Assembly: GCA_963701865.1 (NCBI GenBank)
Contig: CAVPBO010000002.1
Coordinates: 35,239 to 99,238, forward strand
Direction of reading: 5' to 3'
From: an uncultured Acidobacteriota bacterium
Lineage (GTDB): Bacteria; Acidobacteriota; Terriglobia; Acidiferrales; UBA7541
Length of the DNA stretch: 64,000 bases
Below, piece after piece: positions 20,187-30,417 of this stretch. The notes beneath the pieces were generated by a model that saw nothing but the letters and a program-made list of their open reading frames with translations, searched no databases and was not told the origin of the DNA. Each line of letters begins with the position of its first letter. The first letter of the stretch is position 1. Position numbers and translations under genes: made by a program.

Positions 20187-21052
20187 TGGTAGCTCCCCCA
20201 ATTCGGCCGATCTCACTCACCCCCCACGACTCGTCGCGGGTTTTGTTTCTAAACTGCGTACAATGGTCACTGCATAACATGGGCGGCTTGTGGCACCGCG
20301 GTTTTCCTGCGGTTACCACCTACTGCGGATCACCCTGATCACGTTGCGATTACGTGAGAATCGTGATCCACCGCGTTGCTTCTACTATCGGTTCTCCATG
20401 GCTGTCAAGAACAAATTGCATACATATCCATGTTTCATGTATACATATGCTTGTTGGTCGTAACGCTTGTACCGCCTGACAGTCGGTTACGTTAGCGCAA
20501 GCGCGGCCGTGCCGGATGATTGCGCGTTCATTGCCGGGCGCCCCAATTGGTCGATCTAATTTCCCCACCCATGCGCGAAAATCCGCGGCTGTCCTAACGA
20601 CGGCGAATTCACGGAGCTGTAAGACGCGCAAAGGATTGTTTTGCGGTTCGCCGCGATTCGCCCGAATTTGGCGCGTGCCACAACGCACTTCGTAACAGTC
20701 CTATTCAAGACCCAAACCCGCCCGCCTGTTTTTAGCAATCGCTCCCTGCCGTGTCAAGATAAATGGGCATATGTAACCCTATTTATACGCATATATCCCC
20801 TCATGGAAAAATCCGGTGCACGTGCAATTGTTGTCAATAAGCAAAGGATTTCCGGCGCCGAGGTTTCGATATAGAGTACGCGCAGATTTGGAATCCCCGT
20901 GCTCGTCGGCCATACGTATCATGCGTACGTTGGTCCCGAGGCGGGCGAATTGCATTGCCTCCCAGTGATGGGATGAAAGGGCGCGTCCCGCGCATTCTAA
21001 TAAGCGCACCCATCGACGAGCAGGGGCGGCCGACTGCAAGGAGAACGAAGAA

Positions 21053-21671
21053 ATGGCGACTGCGCAAACCCCGGGTCAGCGAAGAAGTCCGAGGCAGGGA
21101 CTGAACTCATACAATTGGTCTGCAAGAAAGCGCTTCTGAAACCGATCGCGCCGCGAAGAAATACAAGCTCACGAGTCCCCTCTATCAACGGCCAGGTTAT
21201 CTGCTCTGGCGCGCGCGTCACATTGCAGACTCGATCTTCACGTACGAGTGCCGCGAATTTGGCGTCACGTCTTCTCAATATGTAGTGCTGGCCGTGGTGA
21301 AGGACACGCCCGGGTCCGACCAGGTAAGCATTTCACGGATCGCGGGACTCGACCGGTTTACGACCGCGTTGGTTTTGTCCAACTTGATCAAGCGCAAGCT
21401 GATCGTCCGCGAGAGAAGCTCGAGCGACCGCCGGCGCTACAGCCTGCGGCTCAGCGGAGAGGGATTCGAAATACTGAAGCGCATTTTGCCGGGCGCGGCC
21501 CGGGCGCGTGCGCGTCTGCTGTCGCCTTTGACACGACACGATCAGGAAATTTTCATTCGCATGCTGCAACAGCTTGTCACCTCGTTGAACGATGATGCGC
21601 GCGCGCCTGTGGATGAAGGCGCCCTGCCGAACATGCGTCGCAAAGCGGATCGCAACTCAAAGAAGAAATAG
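21053..21671 (+). CDS. MarR-family transcriptional regulator (N-terminal frameshift, or start uncertain)
   Basis: The frame open from 21105 reads ..KKYKLTSPLYQRPGYLLWRARHIADSIFTYECREFGVTSSQYVVLAVVKDTPGSDQVSISRIAGLDRFTTALVLSNLIKRKLIVRERSSSDRRRYSLRLSGEGFEIL, a MarR winged helix. There is no ATG/GTG/TTG in that frame before 21285. An ATG with RBS AAGGAGAA at 21053 is in another frame that stops at 21137-21139. This implies a frame change within 21105-21139. Confidence 0.7.
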
Positions 21672-21677
21672 GCCAGC

Positions 21678-22913
21678 TTACCCTCCTGAAGGACCGAATG
21701 GGACGCGATGCGCTTCCGGTCCGGCTGCGATCACCACAGCGCCTGCCAGAAACGCAATCGCCGCCACCATTCCCATGGCTTCGGCGTAGGTGAGATTTTG
21801 GCGGGTCATCAGCGCCTCGAAGTTCGACGCTCCAGCGGCAATAAGGACGCCGAGTTGGTATGCAAACCCGGGGAAAAATCCGCGCAGCGGGCCCGGCGAA
21901 AGCTCGTTGAGGTGCACCGGAACCACTCCCCACGCTCCCTGCACCATGAACTGCATCAGAAATGCGCCGGTGGCGATGAGTACCATGCCGGGCGCGAAAG
22001 CCCACAGGGGTACCAATAGCAGCCCCAGCAGCGCGGATATCACCATCGCGCGGCGCCTGCCGAAGCGGTCCGAGAATAGTCCCACCAGAATTCCGCCCAC
22101 GATTGCGCCGATCATCGAAATCACGCTGACGATGGCGGTGGCGCGCGTGCTGAAATGATGCTGCTTCTGGAGCAGCGTCGGGTACAGGTCTTGCGTTCCG
22201 TGCGACATGAAATTCATTATCGTGATCAGTACGACCAGATAGGCGAAGCGCTTCCAGTTTGAGGCAACCGCGCGAAAATACTCGCTCCAGCTTGTTTTCT
22301 TTGCGGCGGTGGCCTTCCATACTTCGCTCTCTTTTACTTTGGCGCGGATGAAAAGCGTCAGCAGCGCGGGCAAGCCGCCGATGAAGAACATCGGACGCCA
22401 GCCCCAATGCGGGAACACAGTCCAGAACGCCACGGCCGCCAGCAGATTGCCGAGTGCGTAGCCTTCCTGCAGCACCCCGGATAAAATTCCGCGCCACTTC
22501 ACCGGGACGGATTCCATCGCCAGAGACGCACCCACGCCCCATTCGCCGCCCATGCCAATGCCGTAGAGAAGCCGCAGAATCAGGAACACGCGATAGCTGG
22601 GCGCAAATCCGGAAAGCACTTCGACAACCGAATAAAAGATCACATCCACCATCAGCGGAATGCGGCGGCCGTAGCGGTCCGCCATCAAACCAAAGAGAAT
22701 TGCACCCACGGGCCGCATCACCAGGCTGGCCGTGATCGTCAGCGTCATTTCCGCCACGGACTTGTGGAACTCCGCCGCGATTTGGGTGAGGACGTAGGTA
22801 AGGATGAAGAAATCGAATGCGTCGAGCGTCCAGCCGAGAAAACCGGCGATCACGGCGTTGCGCGAATTGGCGCGCTCGGCGGGGGACAATGCGGGTGGGG
22901 ACGTCGCGCTCAT
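21678..22913 (-). CDS. MFS transporter (organic anion / sialate-type subfamily)
   Basis: Intact 411 aa with about 12 predicted TM segments. MFS signatures are present (GLMADRYGRRIPLM; LFSDRFGRRRAM). The start overlaps the folP stop (ATGA at 22910-22913). Confidence 0.9.
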   Translation of the reverse strand: MSATSPPALSPAERANSRNAVIAGFLGWTLDAFDFFILTYVLTQIAAEFHKSVAEMTLTITASLVMRPVGAILFGLMADRYGRRIPLMVDVIFYSVVEVLSGFAPSYRVFLILRLLYGIGMGGEWGVGASLAMESVPVKWRGILSGVLQEGYALGNLLAAVAFWTVFPHWGWRPMFFIGGLPALLTLFIRAKVKESEVWKATAAKKTSWSEYFRAVASNWKRFAYLVVLITIMNFMSHGTQDLYPTLLQKQHHFSTRATAIVSVISMIGAIVGGILVGLFSDRFGRRRAMVISALLGLLLVPLWAFAPGMVLIATGAFLMQFMVQGAWGVVPVHLNELSPGPLRGFFPGFAYQLGVLIAAGASNFEALMTRQNLTYAEAMGMVAAIAFLAGAVVIAAGPEAHRVPFGPSGG

Positions 22914-23822
22914 TTCGTTCCGGTTCGAGCTCTGTGGGCTTTGCCCGCTTTGCCCAGTTGGATGGATTCGGGACGCAACACGGCGTCAACGATGCGCGCC
23001 ACTTGCGACATTTCGGCGACGTCGTGCACGCGAACGATGTGCGCGCCTCCCATGATGCTTGCGGCGACCGCGGCCGCCGTGCCCCATGCACGCTCGCCCT
23101 CCGGCGCGCCGCCAAGCGTCTTGCCGATAAAGCCTTTTCGAGACGCGCCGACCAGCAGCGGGAAACCGAGGCGTGCCAGTTCTGGCAATTCTTGCAGCAA
23201 TTCAAAATTTTGCGCCGTGCTCTTGCCGAAGCCGATGCCGGGATCGAGCACGATCTGCGATTTTGGAACACCCGCGCGACGCGCCGTGGCTACAGCGCGT
23301 CGCAGGCCGCTGATGACGTCGCGCAGCACGTCGCGCGCGAATGGCTTTTTCTGCATCGTGCGCGGCTCGCCTCGCATGTGCATCAGGATCAGTGGGAGTT
23401 TGCGCTTGTACGCGACTTCCGCGAGGCGCGGATCGGCGCGGAGAGCGGTCACATCGTTGAGGATTTCCGCGCCTTGATACGCGGCGGCCTCGGCGACCTC
23501 CGCTTTGCTCGTGTCCACGGAAATCGGAATCTTGAGCCGCCCTCGCAGTTTTTCGAGCACCGGGAGAATTCGCCGCATTTCTTCGGAGCGCGGAAACGCC
23601 TTCGGAGCCGGGCCGCGTGGATTCGCCGCCAATATCCAGAATGTCCGCGCCGGCGCGTTCTATTTCAAGGGCGCGCGCGACCGCCGCATCAGCGTCGAGG
23701 TAGCTTCCGCCGTCGGAAAAGCTGTCCGGCGTCACGTTCAGCACGCCCATTATCAACGTGCGATCGCCGAGCACGAGCGTGCGCGACGGCAGCCGCAGCC
23801 GAAATCTTTTCCGCCGGAACAT
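22910..23822 (-). CDS. folP: Dihydropteroate synthase, one frameshift near 23590
   Basis: N-terminal part (ORF 23202..23822): [21 protein letters not shown]...[19 protein letters not shown]-terminal part (ORF 22910..23632): [28 protein letters not shown]...[24 protein letters not shown]. The two frames abut around 23585-23595. Confidence 0.9.
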
Positions 23823-24062
23823 GGCCCGCTATTGAATCACGGATTTAGCGAAACGATAAGGAGATCGAGGCGCGGGAAGTGGTCTAGCGTCTTCCGTTGA
23901 AGGACAATGTGCCTTTGCATTTGAAACCTGATGAACCCGGTTGAACTTTGAGGCTTTGGCGGATAGGATTCCACAGCCGATCAGAGTATTGGCGACTGAG
24001 ATCATGAACTTGTTGATCGCGGCGCGGCCTTTCGTAAATGAGGCCCGCCACTGGAGACTTCG

Positions 24063-24522
24063 ATGAAGAGAATTTACGCAACTGTGATGGTCGTATACCG
24101 CCGTGCTGCTGCTCGCGAGCACCGCGCACGCGCAGGTGACGCTGAACTCGGTGCGAGTCGGCGCGCAAGACACTGCCGCGTTGGCGAAGTTCTACGAGGC
24201 CGCGTTCGGCATGCAAGAGGTCAATCGGATCAATGTGCCCGGAGGAGCGGAGATCTTCGTGAACTTCGGCGCGACGGCCGACGCCGCAAAGGCCAACAAA
24301 AGCGAGCCGATCGTGATCACGCATCGCGATTCCGACGACCTGAAGGACCCGATTGCGCACGTGATCCTCGACGTGAAGGACATGGCGGCGACAGTCGCCG
24401 CCGTCAAGGCGGCTGGCGGCTCGATGGCTGGCGATCCTCGCCCGTTCGGAAACACCGGCATCGTCATTGGCATCGCGATCGATCCGTCCGGTAACCGCAT
24501 CGAGATGATTCAACGCCCGTGA
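24063..24522 (+). CDS. Secreted VOC (glyoxalase/bleomycin-resistance fold) family protein, frameshift near 24095
   Basis: ATG 24063 (RBS GGAGAC) gives MKRIYATVMVVY. The signal peptide and the VOC-like body (ORF 24103..24522, ..AVLLLASTAHAQVTLNSVRVGAQDTAALAKFYEAAFGMQEV...) are in the next frame. Confidence 0.7.
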
Positions 24523-24542
24523 ACCAACTAATAGGCGCGATT

Positions 24543-25067
24543 TCACGCAATGCGCACACTTAGGCCAACGCGAACTCGAACTTCTGCGATCGCCCACGCG
24601 CCCGAGGTCTTCACGTATTCGAATTTGAGCACGCGGCGCTCCCTGCGACGGACGAAGCCGCCGCCTTGCGCGTGCGCCATCCGCGCCAGCGTGCAGTCCT
24701 GCTCGATTGCGGTTTCGATTTCCACCGCGCACTGGAACCGCCCGGCGGCGCTCTTGCCGTCCGCGGCAAGCTCGATCGAGTCCGGTTGTCCGGTGTGATC
24801 CGCTGCAATGCTGCGCACGGCATGGTCGAACGCGGCGGCATTGGGATCGGCGTACAGCGACTTGGTGTCGCTCGCTCCCGTATTGATCCGCCGCAGCCAG
24901 TTCTGATGCACCTTGTGGATCGCGGCCTCGTCTTCCAGCCTCGCCAGCCGCGCTTTCAGCCCTTCGTCCGCCATCACGGCTGCGGGCAACGCGATCGCCA
25001 GTGGCGCGGCCAGCACTGCGCCGCTCTTCAGAAATGACCGGCGCGTGGAGCTCGTGTGCTTGGTCAT
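24543..25067 (-). CDS. Tat-signal NTF2/SnoaL-like protein
   Basis: Twin-arginine motif TRRSFLKSGAVLAAPLA. The body (LEDEAAIHKVHQNWLRRIN...) looks like an NTF2-like fold. The start overlaps the upstream gene stop (ATGA at 25064-25067). Confidence 0.7.
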   Translation of the reverse strand: MTKHTSSTRRSFLKSGAVLAAPLAIALPAAVMADEGLKARLARLEDEAAIHKVHQNWLRRINTGASDTKSLYADPNAAAFDHAVRSIAADHTGQPDSIELAADGKSAAGRFQCAVEIETAIEQDCTLARMAHAQGGGFVRRRERRVLKFEYVKTSGAWAIAEVRVRVGLSVRIA

Positions 25068-25928
25068 GCCGCACCCCCTGACGTCTTCACCTGATAGAAG
25101 CGCCTAACGTCGAACTGGCCAGCAAGCCGCTCGTGCGCGCCCAGCGCGTTCATGTTCAGGCCGTTATCGCCGCAGTTATATCCGATCCCGACGTCGCGCA
25201 TCGTATGGAGGTTGACTAGGATGGTGCCGAGCGTGCCGTTGCAGGCCTCCTCCAGCCAGTACATGAAATAAAGTCCGTCGCGGATCTTTACGTAGGCCGC
25301 CGGACCGCTCCACTCCAACCCGCCGGCGTCGGAATTGGTAAAGATGATCCAGGAGAGCGAATGCGGCGTCGTGTACAGGTGCATGGACGTCAGGCCCGGT
25401 GCGTAGTTTTGGCTCACGGCGCGCCCGACCATTTCATCCGTTAGCTCGTGGCGGCGATACTTCGGCGGAATCAGGCCTTCCATCTCGATCACGCCGAAGT
25501 GGATCTTCACTCCCGCCTCATTCGCGAAATACGGAGTGTTCAAATACCCGTTGAAGCAAGTCACGAGGCCTTGGTGGAAATCCGCGACGACGCAATGTCC
25601 ATCATGATTCGGCTCGCCCTCCAGCAGATGGCCAAACAAGATTACTCCTGGCGAAGATTCGAAGGCCTGATAACGCGCCTTGGTCCAGTCCCGGCCTTCT
25701 TTGCGCCAGTTCAGGTTTTCGGCGTCGTCGAAGCGGTATTCCATGGCGGGCGCGTGGTCGTAGCGAAGTGTGAAACGACTTGCCGGCCAGCCAGTTGGTG
25801 CTCGGCCCGAGATTGCCGGCCATCGACGCGACGGGCGCATTGGCGCCGGGCGAGATGGCCCGCGGTGCAAAGGCTGACGTATGTTTTGCGCAAACAGCAT
25901 CAACCTGCGCCGGTGTCATTTTCGCCAT
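25064..25928 (-). CDS. MoaF-like protein 2 (tentative family call), frameshift near 25771
   Basis: MAKMTPAQVDAV...NWLAGKSF (frame of ORF 25602..26180) joins TLRYDHAPAMEYRFDDAENLNWRKEG... (ORF 25064..25903). It is a paralog of the upstream gene in both halves (LAGKS..Y.F...L ; a.YvKI.d..Y....E...GT). The pattern matches my recollection of MoaF N- and C-terminal domains. Confidence 0.6.
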
Positions 25929-25933
25929 CGTTT

Positions 25934-26865
25934 TCAGCGGCCGATAGACGCGCCGCGCGCCTTTCGCCGCAGTCTGCCCGGCAGGCGGCCGGAGGAACCG
26001 GCATCGCCGCTTTCGTCGCCAAATTTCTCGAACTGGGCGAGCTGCCCGAGCCACTCGCCCTTGCCGCGGAAGACGTAATATTCCAGCGCGTCGTTGGCAT
26101 CGAAGCCGAGCCGCACGCCGACCTGTTCGACGCGGTTCAGGTCCATCACGTACGCAGTGAAGGTGCCGGAGAATTCGCATTCGGTGCGCGTGTAGATATA
26201 GAAGTCTTCATTGATCTTGATGTAGTCGGACGGCGCGCAGAATCCGAGTTCGCCGCCCAGGCGCGACAACTCGACAAAGTTCGAATACGCCGCCGAAGGA
26301 TAAAACTCCAGCGTCTCCGCGCCATTGTCCTGCTTCCAATAGAAGCCTTTACCCTCGATGCGGTTCGTCGTGATGTGGCGAGCTTTCGGCGCGTCCTCGC
26401 CCGGCTGCTCGACATAGCCGTAATAAATCTCGCGCTGGACTTCGCGGTTGTCTTCGTAACCGCTGAACCACAGTTCGAATACCGTCGCCAGATTCGTGCT
26501 CTGGTCGATCACCACGGCGTAGCCGCGCTGCGTGCCCGGAATCATGTGCGAGAAGAAGGCGACGCTACTCAAAGTGTCAGCGCGCCGTATCCCGCGTCCA
26601 CCGCGCTGCCACCGTTCTCAGCGACCGAAAGCCGATTGGTCCGGCTGAACGTGTAAGCCAGCGCCGGGCCTTTATCGGTGACGATCCGGATCGATTTGCC
26701 GGCGAACACATCGGAGAGCGGCGAGGCGCTCGTCGGCCCGCTCACAGCAACTGCGCTCAGCTTGTCTGCAATCTGTTGTTCCGAAAGCTTGGTGTAAGCG
26801 ATGCGATGCATCTGCTCTTTCGGATACGGCGTTCCGGGCATGCATCCCTCCCCATTTAAGTCCAT
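25934..26865 (-). CDS. MoaF-like protein 1 (tentative family call), frameshift near 26570
   Basis: ORF 26569..26865 (..FAGKSIRIVTDKGPALAYTFSRTNRLSVAENGG..GYGALTL) continues in another frame as SSVAFFSHMIPGTQRGYAVVIDQSTNLATVF... (ORF 25934..26572). Confidence 0.6.
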
Positions 26866-27211
26866 TCTCTTGCGGATCGCGCGGGTGCAATGAGTTATCG
26901 ACTCACATGATCGCGATCGTGCGGCGTGATGCTATCTCCGAAAGAGACAGTTTTCAACCGTCGCGTGGGCAGGCATTCGCCGAACTTTCTGGCTAGCGCC
27001 TAATAAACGCTGCGAGCTTAAGCGATCGAACGGAGTAATTGTGAGGTAGATATCCTGCAAGTTTTGCTTGCCTGCTTCCCGCAAATCCGGATTCGCCGCC
27101 GATGACTGTGATATAGACTCTCTCGTTCGCCCGGTACAAAATCCGATCCGGTCGGCTCAGGTATTCAAAATACGTGACTGTGCGCTCTATTACCAAAAGG
27201 AGATACGTGTG

Positions 27212-27724
27212 ATGAAAAAAGTCCTCGCTGGCGTCGTCGCAATCTTGTTGTTGGCACTGCTGGGTTACCGTGCTGCGGCAGGGGGAAACAATTCACATCA
27301 GGAAGCTCAAGACCGCGTGCAGATCGAAAAGTTGATGTGGCAATACACGCGTGCCCTGGACACGGAGAACCCGGATGCGTACGCCGCCGCATATACGCCG
27401 GACGGCCAATTCGGCAGCGGGGCCAACGTGGTCAAGGGACGCGATGCGCTGAAGAAAATGATTGCGGATCTTCGGCAACGCACCGCCGACGCCGAAGCCA
27501 AGGGTGAAAAAAGGCCGGCGATGTACCACATGACCGCGAACAGCTACCTTGAATTTGTGGACAAGGATCACGCGCACATGGAAGCTTACTGGCAGACTGT
27601 TTTCGCCGGCGCAGGCCCGAACGTGCCTGTTCGCGTAGCTGCCGCCGGGCGGGACGTTGACGAACTCGTTCGAGTGAACGGGCAGTGGCTCATCAAGACG
27701 CGTGACGTCGCGCCGAAGGACTAG
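27212..27724 (+). CDS. Secreted SnoaL-like / NTF2-family protein
   Basis: ATG 27212 follows AAAGGAGA. Signal peptide MKKVLAGVVAILLLALLGYRAAA. DRVQIEKLMWQYTRALDTENPDAYAAAYTPDGQF is typical of SnoaL_4-type domains. Confidence 0.8.
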   Translation: MKKVLAGVVAILLLALLGYRAAAGGNNSHQEAQDRVQIEKLMWQYTRALDTENPDAYAAAYTPDGQFGSGANVVKGRDALKKMIADLRQRTADAEAKGEKRPAMYHMTANSYLEFVDKDHAHMEAYWQTVFAGAGPNVPVRVAAAGRDVDELVRVNGQWLIKTRDVAPKD

Positions 27725-27818
27725 CCAGTCATGGGTGCGAAATCGATACGGGACAAATCGTGAGGAATCCAAGATTCGTTCGGCGACGCGGAGTTGCAAA
27801 GGTAGTGGACCTACGGCG

Positions 27819-29217
27819 ATGAACCGATCACTCGTTCACGTCCTGATGGCTGGCGTGCCGTGGTTCCTTGCATTCATAGGCACCGCTCTCCTCGCGCAGC
27901 AGCAGCCTTTGCAATTGACTTCCGAGCAGGATCATCAGCGCACAATGGATCTGCTTAAGATTTCTTCTCTCAGGCAGGGCGCGGACGGCAACAATCCTCA
28001 AGCGCCGAATGCCGCCAACTACGATGAATCGAAAGCGAATCCGTATCGCAATCTGCCTGACCCTCTGGTGCTGAACAACGGCAAGAAAGTCACAACGGCG
28101 AAAAAGTGGTGGAGTTTGCGGCGTCCCGAGATCGTTGAGGATTTCGATCGTGAAGTCTACGGGCGAGCTCCGAGAAATATTCCGGGCGTGCGCTGGGAGG
28201 TCGTGAGCACCGCACGCGAATCCAGCGGCGGCGTTCCAGTCATCACAAAAATCCTCATCGGGCACGTGGACAATTCCTCGAACCCTCTCGTCAACGTCAA
28301 CATTCATCTGACGCTCACCACGCCCGCAAACATTTCGACTCCAGTCCCGGTAATGATGGAGTTCGGCCTCAGTCCGGAGGTGATGGCTGCGGTTGCAAAA
28401 CGTTTTCCAAACGCCGCGCCGCTTTCTGAACCCACCTGGCAACAACAGGTCCTTGCAAAGGGATGGGGCTATCGCGGTTTATTTGCCGACGAGCGTGCAG
28501 GCGGACAGCGGTGCGGGACTGACGGAAGGAGTCATTGGTCTGGTAAACAAGGGCCAGCCCCGCGCGCTTGACGACTGGGGTGCGTTGCGCGCGTGGGCCT
28601 GGGGCGCAAGCCGCGCTCTCGATTATTTCGAGACCGACAAATCAGTTGACGCAAAACACGTCGGCATCGAGGGCCATTCGCGATACGGCAAGGCGGCGCT
28701 TGTGGCAATGGCGTATGACCGTCGTTTCGCCATCGGTTTTATCAGCTCCTCCGGCATGGGCGGAGCAGCGCTGTATCGCCGCCATTTCGGCGAGCTGCTT
28801 GAGAATATTGCGGCGACAAACGAATATCACTGGATGGCCGGCAATTTTCTCAAGTATGCCGGTCCATTAACGCCGAATGACTTGCCGGTGGATTCCAATG
28901 AGTTGATCGCGCTGTGTGCTCCTCGCCCTGTTTTCATCAGTGCCGGTGCAACTCAAGGCGACGGCTGGGTAGACGCGAAAGGGATGTTTCTCGCAGCGGC
29001 CGGTGCGGGGCCTGTATACGAACTTCTCGGCAAGAAGGGTCTGCCGACTGGCGAAATGCCTCCGATGGAGTCTCCGCTGATCAGCGGCGACGTTGCTTTC
29101 CGGCAGCACAGCGGCGGACATACGCCCGTGCCGAATTGGCCGACGTTTCTGACTTTTGCCAGCCGCTATTTTCCCAGCTCAGCGGTCCCGGCGAGAGTGG
29201 CATCTTCAAATCTTTGA
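27819..29217 (+). CDS. CE15-type glucuronoyl esterase-like serine hydrolase, frameshift near 28470
   Basis: Signal peptide MNRSLVHVLMAGVPWFLAFIGTALLAQ. ORF 27702..28571 and ORF 28393..29217 join at ..VLAKGWGY / AVYLPTSVQADSG.. . The nucleophile motif GHSRYGKAAL and the overall layout fit bacterial CE15 esterases. Confidence 0.7.
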
Positions 29218-29263
29218 TTCGCGAATTGACGCGCCTACCGGGGACGTGGCGTGTTAGCCGGTA

Positions 29264-30337
29264 TCAGTGAGGTTGAGCCGTGGACGGTGGGCCAGGCGAT
29301 GCCTGCGATGCGGCGAGATTCTGTTGGACTCGATCATGCATGACTTTCGCCTGTTCGGCGAATGGGCCAGTCGGTGCGAGCTTGAGGTAGTGGTTCAGGT
29401 CGTCGAGCAGAGCGGTGTCATTTTGGAGCTGGATGTGGACATCGGCGAGTATCAGATAGAGTTCTGCGCTGTCGGGCTTGAACGTAACTGCAGCGACGGC
29501 GTAAGTCTCGGCTTCAGGAAAGCGCTGGAGCCCGAGAAGAGCGCGAGCCAGCTGCGAATTGGCCCGCCAGGAATGGGAATCAAGCGCGGCAGCTTTGCGC
29601 GAAAGTGGTTCGGCGTCGGCAAAGCGCTTCCCGGTTAAGAAAAGCTCGGCAAGCCCGATAAAGGCGTCCGGGTAGTGCTCCTGGCTCAGCTCGATTGATT
29701 TACGAAACGCTTTCTCGGAATCAGCGGCGTTGGCGAGTTTCATGTCTGCGATACCGATCTGCGTGTAGGCCTCGTAGTAATCCGGATATTCCTGCGTGGC
29801 TTTTTCAAACGATTTAAGACTTCCCTGGTAATCGGATTTCCCGTAGAGCAGGGTCATCCCCTCTTGCATGTCGCCGCGCGCCTTTTGCGGGATGGAAAGC
29901 TCGCGCCGGGAGACGGTGCCAACGACCACTCCGTTTGAATCTGGGGGCCGCATAAGTTCGATCTGAATTCCGAAAACGGAAGAGTCCTGGACTTCCACAC
30001 CCTGACTGGAAATCTGGAATCCCGGCAGGTTAGCTACCAGAGTGTAAGCACCGTCGGCGATATTGTCGAACTGGAACCCGCCACTGCCGCTGGTGAAAAC
30101 CGTGGCGACGGCGCCGCCACCGAAAGCGTCAAGCTCGATTCGCACATTCCCTAGCGTCTTATGGCTGACGGCGTCAGTTACCATACCGTTTACCGAGAAA
30201 TTGCGGGGAAGGGTCTTCGGCACATTGGGCAGCGGCGGCTTGCCCTGCTGCGCAGCGGAAGAGACAGAACACAACAAAAGGGACGACAGCAGGAAACACG
30301 CAATGACGAGAGCGGAACTTGGAACGCGATGCATCAT
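29264..30337 (-). CDS. Secreted carboxypeptidase-regulatory-like domain + TPR repeat protein
   Basis: Intact 357 aa. It has a signal peptide and a CarboxypepD_reg-like beta-sandwich (SVNGMVTDAVSHKTLGNVRIELD..GGFQFDNIADGAYTLVANLPGFQ). TPR-like helices follow (YYEAYTQIGIADMKLANAADSEKAFRKSIEL...). Confidence 0.8.
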   Translation of the reverse strand: MMHRVPSSALVIACFLLSSLLLCSVSSAAQQGKPPLPNVPKTLPRNFSVNGMVTDAVSHKTLGNVRIELDAFGGGAVATVFTSGSGGFQFDNIADGAYTLVANLPGFQISSQGVEVQDSSVFGIQIELMRPPDSNGVVVGTVSRRELSIPQKARGDMQEGMTLLYGKSDYQGSLKSFEKATQEYPDYYEAYTQIGIADMKLANAADSEKAFRKSIELSQEHYPDAFIGLAELFLTGKRFADAEPLSRKAAALDSHSWRANSQLARALLGLQRFPEAETYAVAAVTFKPDSAELYLILADVHIQLQNDTALLDDLNHYLKLAPTGPFAEQAKVMHDRVQQNLAASQASPGPPSTAQPH

Positions 30338-30417
30338 CCACCACCAGACTGGTCGCTATTCTACTTCCCGTTCAAGTGCCGGGCAAGGTGAGCTTCGAAA
30401 ATTGCCCGTGGCCGACT

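Noticed and set aside
20187-20420. Possible cobalamin (or other) riboswitch in the leader of the intact TonB receptor
   Set aside because: No B12-box-like GCCACUG core and no recognisable conserved riboswitch motifs were found on the minus strand. Only a generic inverted repeat was seen.
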